A stretch of DNA of 63,550 bases, counting the filler, from Welwitschia mirabilis (Eukaryota), in assembly GCA_051453625.1 (NCBI GenBank). It is 5 parts of one record of this genome, joined end to end, with 100 filler letters (N's around TTAATTAATTAA, not from the genome) between each part and the next. Parts side by side here need not be neighbours in the genome. Positions count along the whole stretch, not along the records: positions 21,957 to 34,176 come from JBOZIK010000001.1; positions 34,277 to 49,724 come from JBOZIK010000001.1; 3 more parts are not named here. One strand, written 5' to 3'. The notes beneath the pieces were generated by a model. It did no database searches. It saw only the letters and a list, made by a program, of their open reading frames with translations, and was not told where the DNA came from. Below, one piece after another: positions 28,526 through 42,139 of this stretch (within the stretch, counting starts at the first letter, position 1; each line of letters opens with the position of its first letter). A program made the translations under genes and the position numbers.

Positions 28526-28609
28526 CACTTCCTCTTTTTAAATGTGAAAGACTTGGCAAACCCATGAGATTACAAAATATATGAGCTGCAACAGGAGCAG
28601 AAAGATGTC
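28526..28609 (-). CDS. RCE1: Next coding exon (84 bp, phase 1-1) of RCE1/FACE2, carrying the HxxCN motif
   Basis: Minus strand reads ctgttttttag|GACATC...GGAAGTG|gtatga. It translates to (G)HLSAPVAAHIFCNLMGLPSLSHLKRGS(G), has no stops and joins in frame to the 54.8-kb exon. Confidence 0.93.
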
Positions 28610-29189
28610 CTAAAAAACAGCAGCTGATATATTAATATGCATGTTTGCGTAGCATAACAAGTTCAAAGTTATTTAGCACTAACGACTGTAACTCAAAGCA
28701 AATTACCAAGAAATGCTTGCCTTAAATAGGAGCTTTGATTTAATGAAAAAATTGCACATTTAAAGAAATTGAAAAATTATTTACAGAGAAATATATTTTG
28801 CTGTCAAATAAACCCATTAATTTGTTAATAATATTCTCTTAGATACACAAAAACATAACTTGTTGTGAAGTATAACCTTACGAACACATAATAAATAATG
28901 CAAGTAGGAGCTCCTCTCTCTCACACACACACCGACCCAAAGAGAAAGAGAGAGAAAGAGATGAATAACCAACTCACAATGTACCTAATGAAACCAAAAG
29001 CAAGGCATAGGAAAGCATGACATTAGAAGCAAGGAAGCAAAACATGTCTCCAACATTTAAAAACATATAAACTATTTAAGAATACTAAAATATGAGAAAT
29101 TACAGATAAGACATGTTAGTTGAAACTATTGATGCCAAATACAACACTTATATATGCGAGACCCCATGACACTTTTATAGTTGGACTCT

Positions 29190-31070
29190 CTTCATAGTTT
29201 GTTTTTAATCCTTCAAGAAGTTATGCACAAATTCATTTCCAAGAGGCAGGCTGCTTGTGTTAAAGGGAGACACATTACTGATCAGGTCCTACTGGTTCAG
29301 GAATTATTCACTCTGCAAAAAATCAGAAAGAAGCTAGCGTTGCCCTCAAACTTGGTATTAGTAAAATTTATTATAGAATATCTCAGAGCTACATGAAGAC
29401 AATTCTTTTGCAATCTGACTTTCCTTTACATTGGACTTCCAAGATGCAAAGCTGTTATAAGGGTACTATTTGTTTGATTCAGATAAATGGTTTTGGGACT
29501 GCATTCTTTCATGTAGGAAATGGATTGAGACAAGGCAACCCCATCTCTCGATAATTGTTCGTCTTGGCTGTGGAAGGACTAAAACAGGATAGTAATATCA
29601 AGCGATAGATCAATCTCTTGTGCCTTGAAAGACACAGAACAGATTAAAGGGACAATTCCAGCAAATGGTTCTGAGAAATTCATTTATTTCCAGTTTGCTA
29701 ACAATCCTTTTTGTTTTTTGTAAAGCATCACAGGAATACTCTATTCGTCTTAAAACAGCTCTTAATGAATTTCCTGAAGCCTCAGAACTTTGTATCCCTT
29801 TCACTAAAAGTAATGTGTTCTTCTAATCTATCAAAGGAAGATCTTCAAACCTTAGTGGAGTAAGTGGCTATTGTTTGGATACCTTACCTCCAAAATATTT
29901 GGGTATTTCCCTTTCTGCAGGAAGAGCGTCAAAAACTTTGTGGCATGAGGTAAGTAAATCTCAAGATTGCAGGTTGGAAATGAAAGGTTCTCTTTCAAGC
30001 TGGAAGACGTCAGCTCGTAAGACTTTCCCTGCAACCTCTCCCTTTGTATATCATGTCTTGTTTGAAGGCACCTGTTTCCATTATGAATCAGATGCATATG
30101 GCTCAATGGCAAGATATTTGTTAAAATTGGAATGGTGGAGGATAGGAAATTAAAAGACTAATTAGAGGAATTTTATCTTGAATCAGGATAATAATAAGAG
30201 AAACTTGCATATGGCTCAGTGGCAAGATATTTGTCAAAATTGGAATGGGGTAGGATAGGGAATTAAAAGACTAACTAGCCTTAACGTGGCACTTTAATAA
30301 ACTCCTATGGCAATCTTGCACTAGAGATAAGCCATAAGCAAATATCATGAAGAAGTACCTTTATGGTAATGCTAGTTTCAAGACTTCCAAGAATTATTGA
30401 TGCTTTACCAACCTGGAGCAAATTTGAAATAATTAAGCACTGGTTTCTTTTTCCAATTTTTTTCAATAAGCGTAACTACACTTGGAAAAGGGATAGCACC
30501 CATACAAACTCTAAAGGCGACACTCTTTACCATAATGATAGAACTGTTGCTGATGTAGCAAAGAGGAATAAAGACCATCTCTCACCATCTTTGATATGAA
30601 GCCCTCCTAAATAAAGTCCCTACTAGGGACAGCCTTATAAAGAGGAATGTTAATGTGCAATTTAATTGTCCATTTTGTGGCTTTGATGAAAATCTCAAGC
30701 GTATCTTTATCAGCTGTATTTTCATTTAACAGCTGTGAAGCCATTTGGAAAGGTTGAAAGCTAATCAATTCAGCTATGGGAATGTCAGAAGTCTAACTAG
30801 GCAGAGGGGACTAAGAACTAGTTACAGAAACAAGGCCCAATAATGGACTCTATTCTTGTCCTGCGTAGTGTTTGAAATTTAGAGATAAAGAAACAGCCAT
30901 TGCTTTCAAAACAGAGGTACTTTGTCTACTTCGTTCTGCAGTAATGCTCTCTTTCACTGGAGGGATACAACTCTTACAAGACTTGATAGATAACCATGAT
31001 ACTGTTGAATCTCGATTTTCTTAGAAATGAATCAGTTTTGACTGGAAAATAATGCAAGATGCAGGGATGT
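29190..31070 (+). mobile_element. 5'-truncated, decayed L1-type LINE (RT and zf-RVT)
   Basis: Motifs ISKRQAACVKGRHITDQVLLVQEL, GLRQGNPIS, KYLGISL and CPFCGFDENLKRIFISC, with frameshifts. Confidence 0.88.
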
Positions 31071-32309
31071 GGGAGATATTGAAAAAAGGAAAGTAATCAG
31101 CCCTTTATCATGCTAAGATGATCCTGCCTTCCTTTTTCCTCTAACCCTCAAGATTATAGGTTTTTTAAGGATAGAATCTTCTATTTTCAGAAAATCTTTA
31201 ATCAGAAAGTAGCTTCTTGAGAACCCCGGGAAGAAACTAGAAGTAGGCCTATATTGCATCTAATAAAGCTCCTATTTGGAGAGCCAACACTCATACCAAT
31301 TTGCTTGCCACCATAGAACGCCTGGGCCACATTCTGATCCAACATGATTCTAAGAACTGTAGATCACTAGTGGCAAATAGGCCATTAAAAGGGTTAAACA
31401 ATGATTTTTCAATGCACAAATCACATTTCAAAGAGATTTCTAAATCTCCTACATAGTTTGAACGCAAAACCACCCTTTGTTTGCATAATATTATATCTCA
31501 AATTCGAGAATCTAAAGTTATTTCCATGACTTGAAGTTTTGGTTTGGACTTAAAAAAAGAGTTGTCACATAATATACCATGATCTTCATAGTTGTAAATG
31601 TAATATAGTGTTATAACATTGTTTTGTACAGACATATTTTGATACTGTTTTCGAAAACCAGAATAAAAAAAAAAAAATAAAAAAAGAACTAGTTTTGAAT
31701 GATTTTTAGCTATGTGATTTCGAGCTATCCAAAAATCAGATCTAAATGATTCCAATAATCTAGATCTCCAAAACACAAAAACGCTTTCACAAATGATCAG
31801 ATCCATCTAACTATGGTTCAATTGACCTTTCTAAAGTTTGCCTAAGCTCGATTCTTGTTTTCCACTCTAAATCGTCAGACACGATTGAAAGCAAAATGCA
31901 AGGCCTAACTATTGCTTAGACATTTTCTATCAAAAACATCCCACTCCAAATATTCCATTCCCATTGGTTACGCTATTTTCTCTTGAACTAAAAGATCTAA
32001 CTCCTTCCCACCAAGCTAGCCTTCCATCATTATCTTCCATATTGGCCATCTACTTTCATTTAGCTTCCCAAACTACATTACTCTCTCCATATGCAATAAT
32101 GCTATGAAGAAACACTGCTACAATGTGTCCTTGCAAAAATAGCAAAACACTGAACCTTTGGCTCTCATACTAGTTGTTATGAAAAATACCAGTATAGCAA
32201 ATATAATGGACCCAGAGGTCCTACGTGTAAACCTGGGTGTTGGCATGTATTGTCCAGGCATAAAAGATAGTCTTCCCTGAAAAAAATTAAAAAATAAAAT
32301 TAACAATTT

Positions 32310-32660
32310 AAAAAAACGCTAGAAACTAGAAAGCAACAATGAGAGCATGAGAGAACCAATTTAATCTGGAAAACCTTAGAAATGGACAAAAATCACAATA
32401 GAACAAGGTAAGGCTCTATTATTAACCAAGAATCCAACAACCAAGTCATCCCTTATAGCTGAGCAGGCCATTACAAAACACAACAGTGGCTGCAATACCA
32501 AAACCCTTAAAGCTCTTTTCTTAAACTAGATGCCTTCCTTTTACCCCTATACCACTTAAATAGATTTTCCTTTAGGCTAAAACCCTATGCTTTCCATGAC
32601 TTAAACACAGACATAATTAGATGACTTTCACAAGGACTTTTAACGACCTCTTCCCCCCAC
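32310..32660 (-). mobile_element. Short copia-type LTR relic with purine tract
   Basis: 32360-32398 resembles the reverse complement of 62460-62505. GGGGGGAAGAGG tract on minus at 32647-32658. Confidence 0.4.
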
Positions 32661-32699
32661 CTTTTAATATCATCACAAAAGAGGGATAAAACTTCAAAA

Positions 32700-33902
32700 A
32701 TTATATAAAAGGAGAAATAAATAAAAAGAGAAGATTTGGCTTCACTCTGACAGAACTAGAGGGAAAAATCACTAAGGTGATGTTGTAGCTAAAGAACCTG
32801 CACATCCACTTGGTGACCAGAATGAAGAAGTTGAAGAAAAAGAAGAAGAAGAAAATCAACCTCCAAATGAAATCTTCACATTAGGTTAGGAAGCCTACAT
32901 GTGTTATGCGACAGCTGGAAAGGTATTCTCCTTCTTTCCATTACATTCTACTTACAAATGGTGAAGAACCTAAAACTTTTGCAAAAGGAAGGTCCATGTG
33001 TGATGTTAAAAATAGGGAGAATGGTATGTCTAAAGAGCGCAAATCCTATGCCCTCGTCTAAGGGAAGGAAGGCCTTGTGTAGCAAGTGTACTTATAGAAT
33101 CAAAATAAATCCAAGGGTTTGAAGACGTAAAAAGCAAGGCTGGCAGTGAAGACTCTTTGTGCAAAAACTAAAGTACTATCCTATCAAATTTATTTTGGCT
33201 CTGGTAGCTTCTTTAGATTTGGAATTTGTACAACTAGTTGTGAAAACAGTCTTCTTGCATGGGGATCTCGAACAAAAGCTTCTATGGACTAAAGCACACT
33301 CCCAAACAGTGGTATAAAAAGTTTAATGTCTTTATGATAAATCAGCAATATAGGTGAAGTCGTTTTGATCATTGTGTAGGTATGTTGATGATATACTTAT
33401 TGCTAGCTATACCATGGTTAAAATTAATAGACAAAATGCTAAAATCAGTAAGTAATTTGTCATAAAATATGTGAAAGCAGCAAAGCAATGCTTGGCATGA
33501 AACTCTTTAAGAATAGAGGCATGTGAAAGCTAAGGCTAGTCCAGCTGGTTAATTAAGAAAGTTTTAGAACATTTTGGCATGAAAAATGCCAAGTCCATGA
33601 AGACCCATTTGGCTTCCCATTTTCTTTGTCCAAAGTTGATGGTGCAGGTTTAAAAGAAGAGGTCAAGGGGTAGAAAAGTATTCTTTATGTGTCAATCGTT
33701 GCATCACTAATGCATGTCATGGTATGTACTTGTCTTAATATTACAAATGATGTTAGCATTGTTAGTATATTTATGAGCAATTTTAGCTAGAATGATCATT
33801 TGGCTCTAAAGTGGATTTCGACTTTTGAGACACTTGAAGGGTACAAAGTCTGTCAATCTATGCATTAGTGAAGGAAATTTAAATGTCCATGGTTATGGTG
33901 AT
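32700..33902 (+). mobile_element. Decayed Ty1/copia RT fragment
   Basis: Motifs KGRKALCSKCTYRIK, QLVVKTVFLHGDLE, YVDDILIA and SLMHVMVCT. Confidence 0.85.
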
Positions 33903-34176
33903 CAGTGATGAAAATGTCGGCAATTAGTTTATGTCGGCGGCCTGAAAAAGTCGTGTCGGGGAGACATGTCGCCATGTCGGCGCAAAATGTCGGCGCAAAA
34001 TGTCGGCAATTAATTTTTTTAAAAATTGATGGAAATTTGTTATTTACAAGATTTAAAAGCAACATATAGCTAAAAAAAGCTAAGAATAAGCAATTCAAGT
34101 ATTCATTTAATGTGCATAGATAACTAGCAATCGATTCTCACATAGTCACATGGAAAGGTAAAGCTCTAAAAGCAGT
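33903..34176. mobile_element. End of a hAT-like element (CAGTGATG terminus, TGTCGGC repeats), cut by a gap
   Basis: Starts CAGTGATGAAAATGTCGG with many ATGTCGGC repeats. Homologous to the reverse complement of 48360-48481 and 60100-60199. Confidence 0.75.
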
Positions 34177-34276
34177 NNNNNNNNNNNNNNNNNNNNNNNN
34201 NNNNNNNNNNNNNNNNNNNNTTAATTAATTAANNNNNNNNNNNNNNNNNNNNNNNNNNNNNNNNNNNNNNNNNNNN

Positions 34277-35673
34277 ATGTCAAAGGGGAAGAAAATATGG
34301 TGTTTTCAAAAATATGCATGAACTGAAAATGGTTTGTTTCAGAAATATTTTTTCCTTAAAAGGAAATACACCCTTTACTTAATATTGTTTGTATGGCTTT
34401 GTGAAAAGGGAGCTTTAATTATGTTAACATGCCTTCTTAGAAAGAGCTTAAAGATGAAATATTTCTTTGATCTTTAAATCACTTATTTGTTTGCCATCAA
34501 TGTCAAAGGGGGAGATTATTAGGATTTTATATTGCCAGTTGATGTCAAACTAATATGATCTTTGAGAATGAAATGTGATTTTACAGATGCAAGAAACTTA
34601 AGGATCCATATCCAAAAGATAGCCAAGATTTGGACATGTTCTGATTAAAGTAACTTGATTTTCTGTCCAAGGACTTAAAGTAGGAGTCGACCAAACTTGG
34701 AAGTATTCATTTTGGGCTACTGCATGAGGGGTTGACCTGAGCTTTGAGGGGTTGATCGAACTTGAAAATGCATTTTTCAAGCTTCTCCATATGTATTATG
34801 TCATATGGGGTCAACCGAACTCATGTGGGGTTGACCGAACCTGCAGAAAAGCGGTAGACCAGATTTTAAATGGGGGCGACCGAACCAAGTAACATGAGTA
34901 ACTCGGGTCAACCGGATGACAAAGGGGGCAACCGAATCAAGTGATGTGAGTTACTCAAGTCGACTGAATGTTTCGAGGGGTCAACTGGTCAGAGCGGAAG
35001 CGAAAATTTTCAAATAGTTTTATAACCAGTATTTCACCAAATCTATTTGTTTCAAATGTCAGATTCCTTTCCAACTATCTAAACGGCTATATTTTGGGGA
35101 AATCTTTTTAAAGGGGCAACGCTCAAAAACCTGGGGTGCTTAAGATCGAACGGATTTTGAAAAAGAAGTTTGCACTCTTGATCTGAAGAGCTTATCTATC
35201 TACCATCATTCTTCTCTCACTCAGCACTTACCTTTGTACTAAACATTGTGCATTTTATTGAGGTTGAGACTTAGCTTGCAAAAGTCCGTTTTATTAAGGT
35301 TGAGACTTAGCTTGCAAAAGTCCATTTTATTGAGGTTAAGACTCAGCCTGTAAAAGTCTGTTTTACTGAAGGTTGAGACTTAGCCTGAAAAAGTCCACTT
35401 GTAAGGTTGAAGGTTAGCCTTGAAAGCCTGGTGGATAGTGAAGCAACAGAGATCCGGAACAGTCTTGGTTATTGACTGTCTTCCGAGAGTGGAGTAGGNN
35501 NNNNNNNNNNNNNNNNTAAATCTTGTCTTGTGCCTTATTTTGATTCTACTTTTTGTGTTTATTTTGTTATATGTTTTTGTGTCATAATTTCTTCATTGGG
35601 TAGTAATAGTTGTTTAAATTTTTCAGAAGTCCTATTCACCCACCCCCCACCTTCTAGGGTTCTCAATCCTACA
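34277..35673 (+). mobile_element. Sirevirus 3' end: multiple PPTs and 3' LTR (34517-35673)
   Basis: Purine tracts AAAGGGGAAG, AAAAGGGAG and AAAGGGGGAG-AT precede the LTR. About ten GGTYRACC palindrome-like motifs at 34685-34990. Four repeats of about 36 bp at 35253-35400. C-rich U5 ending ATCCTACA. Confidence 0.85.
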
Positions 35674-37900
35674 ACAATGACTAAAGAAAATAATTAAACA
35701 AAAACTAGACCTAAGGTTCCTTATCAGCATCCAAAATGAAGTTAGAAAAGACCTCAAATTGTTTTATAGTAGTATGCCACCAAAAGCAACAACAAAGGAA
35801 TGAATATTATAAAAACTGGAGGAACAAACCTACGGTGAGAGTAGTCTATCACAAGAGGATAAAAAAGGGAAGAAACATGGAACATTGGCAACTCAAGCTC
35901 AACCAAAACCTAAAGATCAAGAGAAAGTGTTCATCTTATAAAGATAAGATCAAGAAAAGCTCCTACTGTTGATTGGTGATCGAGAAATAGAAATACATCA
36001 TCTAAACAAACACACAAAGAGATTGGAACAAATTCCTATTGAAGATTTATGTTTCAATGATGATCAACAAACTCATAGAGTGTTGTAAGTCTAATCGGCG
36101 TCAGTAAAGAAGAGCCAAAAATGAGATATCTTGTGTATGCACCAACTGGGACATCCAACTGTGAAACTAGAATGTCCACACTTGTATATGGTTTGGTGTA
36201 CAGGCATGTCCGAATTTTAAAACAGAAGGTTCGGCTCTGTGTGCAGGAAAAATGTATGGTATCTCGGATGTCCGCCCTTATTCGCAAACAAAAAAACACA
36301 AGGGCATCTAGATCCTAAGGTTGGATGTTCGCCCTATACTTAGTCCTCATGATGGGGATGTCTGGATTTTTGACTAGGACGTCGAGGATCCTATGCAATT
36401 TTGCCAAGGGTCAAAGATTATAACAAGGATGTCAGACCTTCAAAAGGGGATATACAAGCAGGCAAACGCTGGAGTGAAAAAATACCCATCGTGAACTTTA
36501 GAGTGCACATTTCCAGACACCAAAGGTCATGGATCCTTACTAGCACAACATCTAGGGCAGAAGGCCCCTCATTTCATGCTATAACAACTATATTTCATTA
36601 AACCTTATATAAAAGATGAGAACATCATTCTGCAGAGCACACTTCTTGATGAGGTAACATTGTGTAATATCTACCTCTGCAAGTATCTCACTCTACGTAC
36701 TGCTTCTAAATCTGGAAATCTTCTAGCTGAGTGGTTGTATTGCCTATCTAATGATCACTGCATTCTGAGGCACCTTTCTAGCATCAAACTCTTCAACCCA
36801 TCTTGTATTGTATGCTCAAGAGGAAGCATTTAAGATAAAATCCCTTGAGAGAAAGGCATTGTATGAAGCTTCAAACCCTGTGCAAAGGAGCTTGTAAGGT
36901 TTTGGAGTTTAAAGGAACCAGGAGGCTAGAAGCTATTGCTGCCTCCTGAGAGTGGAGTAGGCAAAAAGCTGACCACTATAAAACTCTAGTATTCTCTTGG
37001 TGCTTGTGGTTTGCTTTTTAATTTGTTTCTTTTTTTATTAAAGGTTAAGAAATACTTGTTTTTATTAACGAAATATTTCAAATCACTCTATTCACCCCCC
37101 TCTACGGTGCTATACGATCCTAACAATCCCATCTTAAAGCAATTCAAAAATAACATTGTAATTAAACTTCCTTACAACTCGAGACGCAACTAAATTCGTT
37201 GAAAAACTTTGGGAGCTACCTATAGCTATGCCACTACTAGATTTGCTTAAAGAAGTTTCAGATGCATTAAAGCTATGAAAGAATTATGCAATAGACCTAG
37301 GAAGAAGCCTAGGAAGAAATACGTTGAAACAAAAGAACAGTCAAATGATGATGAACTACCTTGGGTATCTACTTGCACAAATGATGAATTTATGAAATAG
37401 AAACATAGAGACCCAGGAACCCACTTAATAGAAATAAAAATTAAAATGAAGAAAATTTTAGCTTTGCTTGATTCAAGAATAAGAACAAATGTCATTTCTT
37501 ATGGGACATATCATACTCTGGATAAACCTCAATTGGAACCTTATGTCAAAAATCTAATGTTAACAAATAAGTCTACTAGTACTGCTAAAGAAATTTTGAA
37601 GGATATAATAATTGGTCTCCAAGGATTCATTGATGTGATGTGACTGATCCTGTTGTTTTTGTTGGATTCACTGGTGTGATGTGATTGATCCTGATGTTTT
37701 TAAATAAAACATCAATCCATCAAATATTCCATTATTTTAGGAAGACCTTGCATGGCCACTATAAATGCAATTCTATTTGCCAGGGAAGGAATAATGGAAG
37801 TATCTATGGGAGACTGTAAAAAGCATTTAGTGGTTTCCAAACAAGCAGAATTATTAACTTTAGAGACGTAGAAGCTAAAATTTAGAATTTCCTGGAAATT
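35674..37900 (+). mobile_element. Athila-like gag-protease relic interrupted by a solo LTR
   Basis: Motifs DPGTHLIEIKI..KILALLDSRIRTNVISY and IPLFLGRPCMATINA. Confidence 0.7.
36037..37125 (+). mobile_element. Sirevirus-like solo LTR (1089 bp)
   Basis: Ends TATTGAAG...GATCCTAACA with near-TSD ATTCC/ATCCC. GGAYGTCC repeats, TATATAAAAG near 36605, GAGAGTGGAGTAGG motif and C-rich U5 are shared with 47776-48030. Confidence 0.85.
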
Positions 37901-38119
37901 GAAGAGATAAGGTGCTTAAGAAATCAGAGATTAGAATACTTGAAAGGTGAAGAAGGCATCAAGAAAAGAGAAATAGAAAAACCTCTATTAAAACCAGGAT
38001 TAGCATTAACACGCAAAAATTGACATTCTGATCCAGTTCTCTGACCACATTAGCTTCATAGGAGACATTAAAATAATTGTTTTGTCATGAAATTATGTCT
38101 TCTGCCTCTTTTTAATATT

Positions 38120-40130
38120 ATTTGTTGACTTATCTCCTTCCCATGACATTTTCAAGCCATTTATAGAATTCTGAAGGACATGCCAAAAGATGTAGATCAT
38201 TCAGCTGAAAATGTCTGGTGTCGTCGTCCAAGTCACTAACAACGTTGGTCTTTTGGAGCAAAACATTTCAATTGTTATGTTCTGGACATGTAATGGAAAA
38301 ATAAACAAAATACAGCTATGGGCTTAATCAGATTTCACATAATACATGACTGGCATCTTCAATGAATCATGGCAGTAACGCAGAAGACACGTAGCAATGA
38401 CATCTGGTAGTGCTAAGTGAGATGACGTAGGACACACATGGCAATACTAGCAGTTAATAAAAGCATCGACATCCAGAAGCAACATGTTGGACCCATTACA
38501 ATGATTCTTACCTAACGCAAAAAGACAAAGACTCTACAATAAAGCTACGTGACAAACTTTGTAAACACCCATGTAACACTACTTGAGCCCTTATTTATAA
38601 GGATTCTTTGGTTGGTGAAGTAGTAGAGTCCTTGGAGCGTCACAATCAACATAGCCTTCTACGTAACTTCTTTGGGACCGAACTTGTTTGAAGGATAGCT
38701 TGAGGAGTCCATACTAGCATCTTTTGCTTCTTCCCTTGATGTAATGTGTGTTTCTGATTTAATACAAAGTAGTTATTCACTTTTGATTTCAAGCTGCATA
38801 TAACTTTGTACTCATAACACTTAAGCGAAAAGTCTATTATCAAGTTATATTGTTAACTAAGTGAAACCGTAAGTTAGTTTCTTTAAGTCACTTTTATTTG
38901 ATGGATTTTTAGTATTGTAAGTCCTTACTTTCCATAGTTATTAAAGGGCTATGAAGGACCAAGTGACTATTGAATTCACCAATCCTCATATGATGAATGA
39001 GATTATGTCACCATGACCCAAGTCATCACGACTTGACGGTTTTCACAGGATATCCTTAGATTAAGGATTGCTAGAAGACAAATTGGGCTAAACCTTGGAG
39101 CTCAATTGTTTCCCTACCTTTCTGATCAAAGTTTCATCACCTTTCTTAAACTCTTGAATTTCCCCTTTCTTTAGATTGTAATTGCAAGATAAGCAAGATT
39201 TGTGTAATATATGTTAAGTTACTACAATTATCCCTGTGGAAGAATGATAGTAGGTATTCACTTAGTTTATTTCGTTTCGACTGTACTACATAACAAAAGA
39301 TTTTAGTACTATTACCAGGAATAATGGCATAGCAGCTTCTCAAGAGGAACACAATTTTACTTTCTTGCAAGCTTTTAGTTAGTTTTGTTTCTCCAATGGA
39401 TGGTACTAGTCCTCTCCAGTGAAACCCAAAAATGTACTTTTTTCCTTCTAATTTTCTTTGCTTTTTGGTAGTTTAGTTTTGTTTCTCCAATGGTTGGTAC
39501 TAGTCCTCTCCTGTGAAACCCAAACAAGTCCTTTTTTCCTTCTAATATTCTTCTCTTTTTGGTAGTGGGTACTGGTCTATTTCTAGTGATACCAGAACTA
39601 GTCTAATTCAGAGTTTTGTTTAGTTTTTCTATTCTAACCTGAACAATATGTTGATATCAAATATTTTGTGTTGCACATCTAACAAAGTTTCTGCATATCG
39701 CAACCAAAATAAGGCGAAAAACAGATACATAACTTGTTTATTTTTGTGCTTTCTTTTTTATTTTTGCAATTCCTATTTCAGTAGTTAATTTTCTGTTTTA
39801 GTGCATTCTATAATTTCTCTATTAAAATTACTGAAAACAAAAAAAATTAAGGTTTATTTTTCTTTAGGACTTACTTCGAGTGTGCTATTGTTTCAATTTT
39901 ATGTTTTTATGTGACCCTGTTACTCCGAATGTTTTGCGCAAATCTTCTGAACCTTTGTCTTTTTCCTGACGCTATAACTCTCAACTTAACCGTTGTCGTC
40001 GCCTTCCCTAACCGGTGCTGTCAGCTCTTCTGCTCAGAACGCTTTGGATTTTTCCAGAGACCTCTGTGAAACTTTAGAAAACTTTCTGTCATTTGGAACT
40101 TCAAACCCAATCTGAAACACTTCTAAAACT
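38120..40130 (+). mobile_element. Athila-like 5' LTR (about 38120-39295), degenerate tRNA-Asp PBS (39304-39321) and UTR
   Basis: U5-like CCCTGTGGA near 39232, end ...ACATAACA, then TAGTACTATTACCAGGAA. Tandem duplication of about 95 bp at 39380-39565. Left boundary uncertain. Confidence 0.55.
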
Positions 40131-41335
40131 TAAATGCGATCATTTGTGTATTGGAAAATGCATTGCATAGGCCAACGAATATGCAGTTTCTACCTCAACG
40201 TTCTTCTAGTCGGACGTCCCACGCATTTGGCCAGATGTCCCACTTTTAAAGTAGGAACCCAGATGTCCCGGATTAAGGTTTCAAATCTGATCATGAACTC
40301 AAAACTGCTTCTAGGGCTAGGCATCTCATTTTCTAGGTCATCCTATCTTCAATTCGGTTGTATAGAACAAGTTTGGACTAGGACATCCTAGACTAAGATG
40401 TCAGATGTCCCATCTTGGATTTAGTCTTATGCTTATGTTGGTGCTCAAACCCAGACGTCCCAGTNNNNNNNNNNGAAGGGTCAGATATCCCAGAATAGAT
40501 TGGCTTTTGTTCTCAAGATCGTTCGTCACTTAGATTAGTGTTCATCATTGAAACTATGCGTCTTTTGATATCTTTGCCACAATCTCCCACTTTTCAATGA
40601 TGGCAACTTACAATGATCATGTCAATAAGTTACACAAAAGGTTGATAAGAATTTGTTGTGCCCCACCCCCCCCCAACCCAGCCCTCTAAATTTATGCCTA
40701 TAAAATAACCTGTTGGGATGAAACCTATAAGCATCATAGTGATCCTGAAACAAAACTTATTTGTACTTCCATGTATTAGATCAATAGATATGCTTTCTTC
40801 AAAAATAAAAATGATTAGCAATAAAAATTATAGTGACTTCATTTTAAAGCAAAAATTAAATTATGGAGCCATCATTTTTAGAACAAAAAGTTGTATTCTA
40901 TTAAACACCGATGAAGATTTGCATCCAAAATTGAGGGAGTACAAGAAAGATTACAAAATGGAGACAACATGAGCATGATTTCTTCTCTTCCTTTGTCATT
41001 ATTGAGAAAGAGAAAATAGAGAAAGGTAAACCAAGTAAGGAGCAAAGTACCAAAAATAATAGAGAATGGAAGACGATAAGTAGTCAATCAGAGGATTTTG
41101 CATGGGAGGAGTCCTCTCACTAAGCCTACTCTACTTGAGCATGTTCTGCCTCTTCATCTAACCGAAGGGGTATATCAAAACCTTATGTAGAAAGTTCAAA
41201 CAGAATTCTATCTAATTTCCTGCCAATCTTGTGCATTGTCTAAAAGAGTACTTCATTTGATATTTCTGATGTGGAGGAACTTTCTCCAACTCTTTTGCGC
41301 TTTGGAGGAGGAGAAGGAGCAAGACTTATAGTTTT

Positions 41336-42139
41336 TTAAAATATATGCATTTTCTTCAAAGACGAAATATCCAATGGTTTTGGCACTTTGACAAACTCAT
41401 CATCTTTTTCAATGTGAAAATCCAAATTAAGTAGAAGAGCAGTAATAAGGCAACCAAACAGAAGACTAGCATTGGTTGCAATGAAAAATTGGCCCGTGTA
41501 CGTCAAAATGAATTTGCACAGATTAAATCGAACACCCTGCCCAATGCAACACATAATATAGGCGCATGCTAGAGAGACCTCATCCTTGTGACCGAGTTTA
41601 GGAACAATATTATGTGTCCAAATCTGAAAAATTACTAAGGAAAAAGGTTGTAACTGATTTGCGGGAATGTTGAATTTCCAATCGATGTGTTTCCCACATA
41701 ACTCATGAGTTAGAACATCTTTAGGAATGCCCTGTTCTAAAGTTTGAAGTGAAGTAATGTTGTAAAAAGAACCAGCATCTGGAAAACCAGTGACCTCAGA
41801 AATCATATCTAGAGTAATCTCAATAGCTTTTCCATAAACTCTAGATGTAATTTTGTCATTGTACCTATCTAAATGACCGTTGCAATAGAAGAGCCTTACC
41901 ATTTTGCTCTTGTCTCAAGTTCCAAAGCATATTGCCATTCTAGTTCTTCAAACTTGTGAAAGATGCAGAGCTTATGCCTGAAAGACTCATGGTCTATTCT
42001 CCTCTCAGGAGCAATAGGCCTCTTGCAAAATGAAGTAAGCTAAAACTTCTTATGGTCTTCAGTAATAAAGCAGTTATCTTCTAAAGAGCTTGCTACCTCT
42101 TTGCCTTTTTTTTTTTTGCTGCCAGCTTTGTTCTCCCAT
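41336..42139 (-). pseudogene. Sirevirus extra (env-like / putative plant transposon protein) ORF, frameshifted near its 5' end
   Basis: Sense ORF between pol and the 3' LTR, with a 188-aa open part containing VRLFYCN, HNIVPKLGH and LLFGCLITALL. Upstream ATG at 42139 is followed by a basic tract. Confidence 0.75.

Noticed and set aside
31291-31806. Minus ORFs considered as extra RCE1 exons
   Set aside because: No RCE1 similarity, and they overlap GATC-rich MITE-like sequence.
32118-32306. 62-aa minus ORF with a strong polyT-CAG acceptor near 32277
   Set aside because: No recognisable homology, and the two RCE1 exons already join contiguously, leaving no place for it.
35253-35400. ~36-bp direct repeats, superficially CRISPR-like (also 25930-26046 and 28076-28300)
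   Set aside because: Head-to-tail units with no unique spacers, inside an LTR or intron of plant DNA, with no cas genes.
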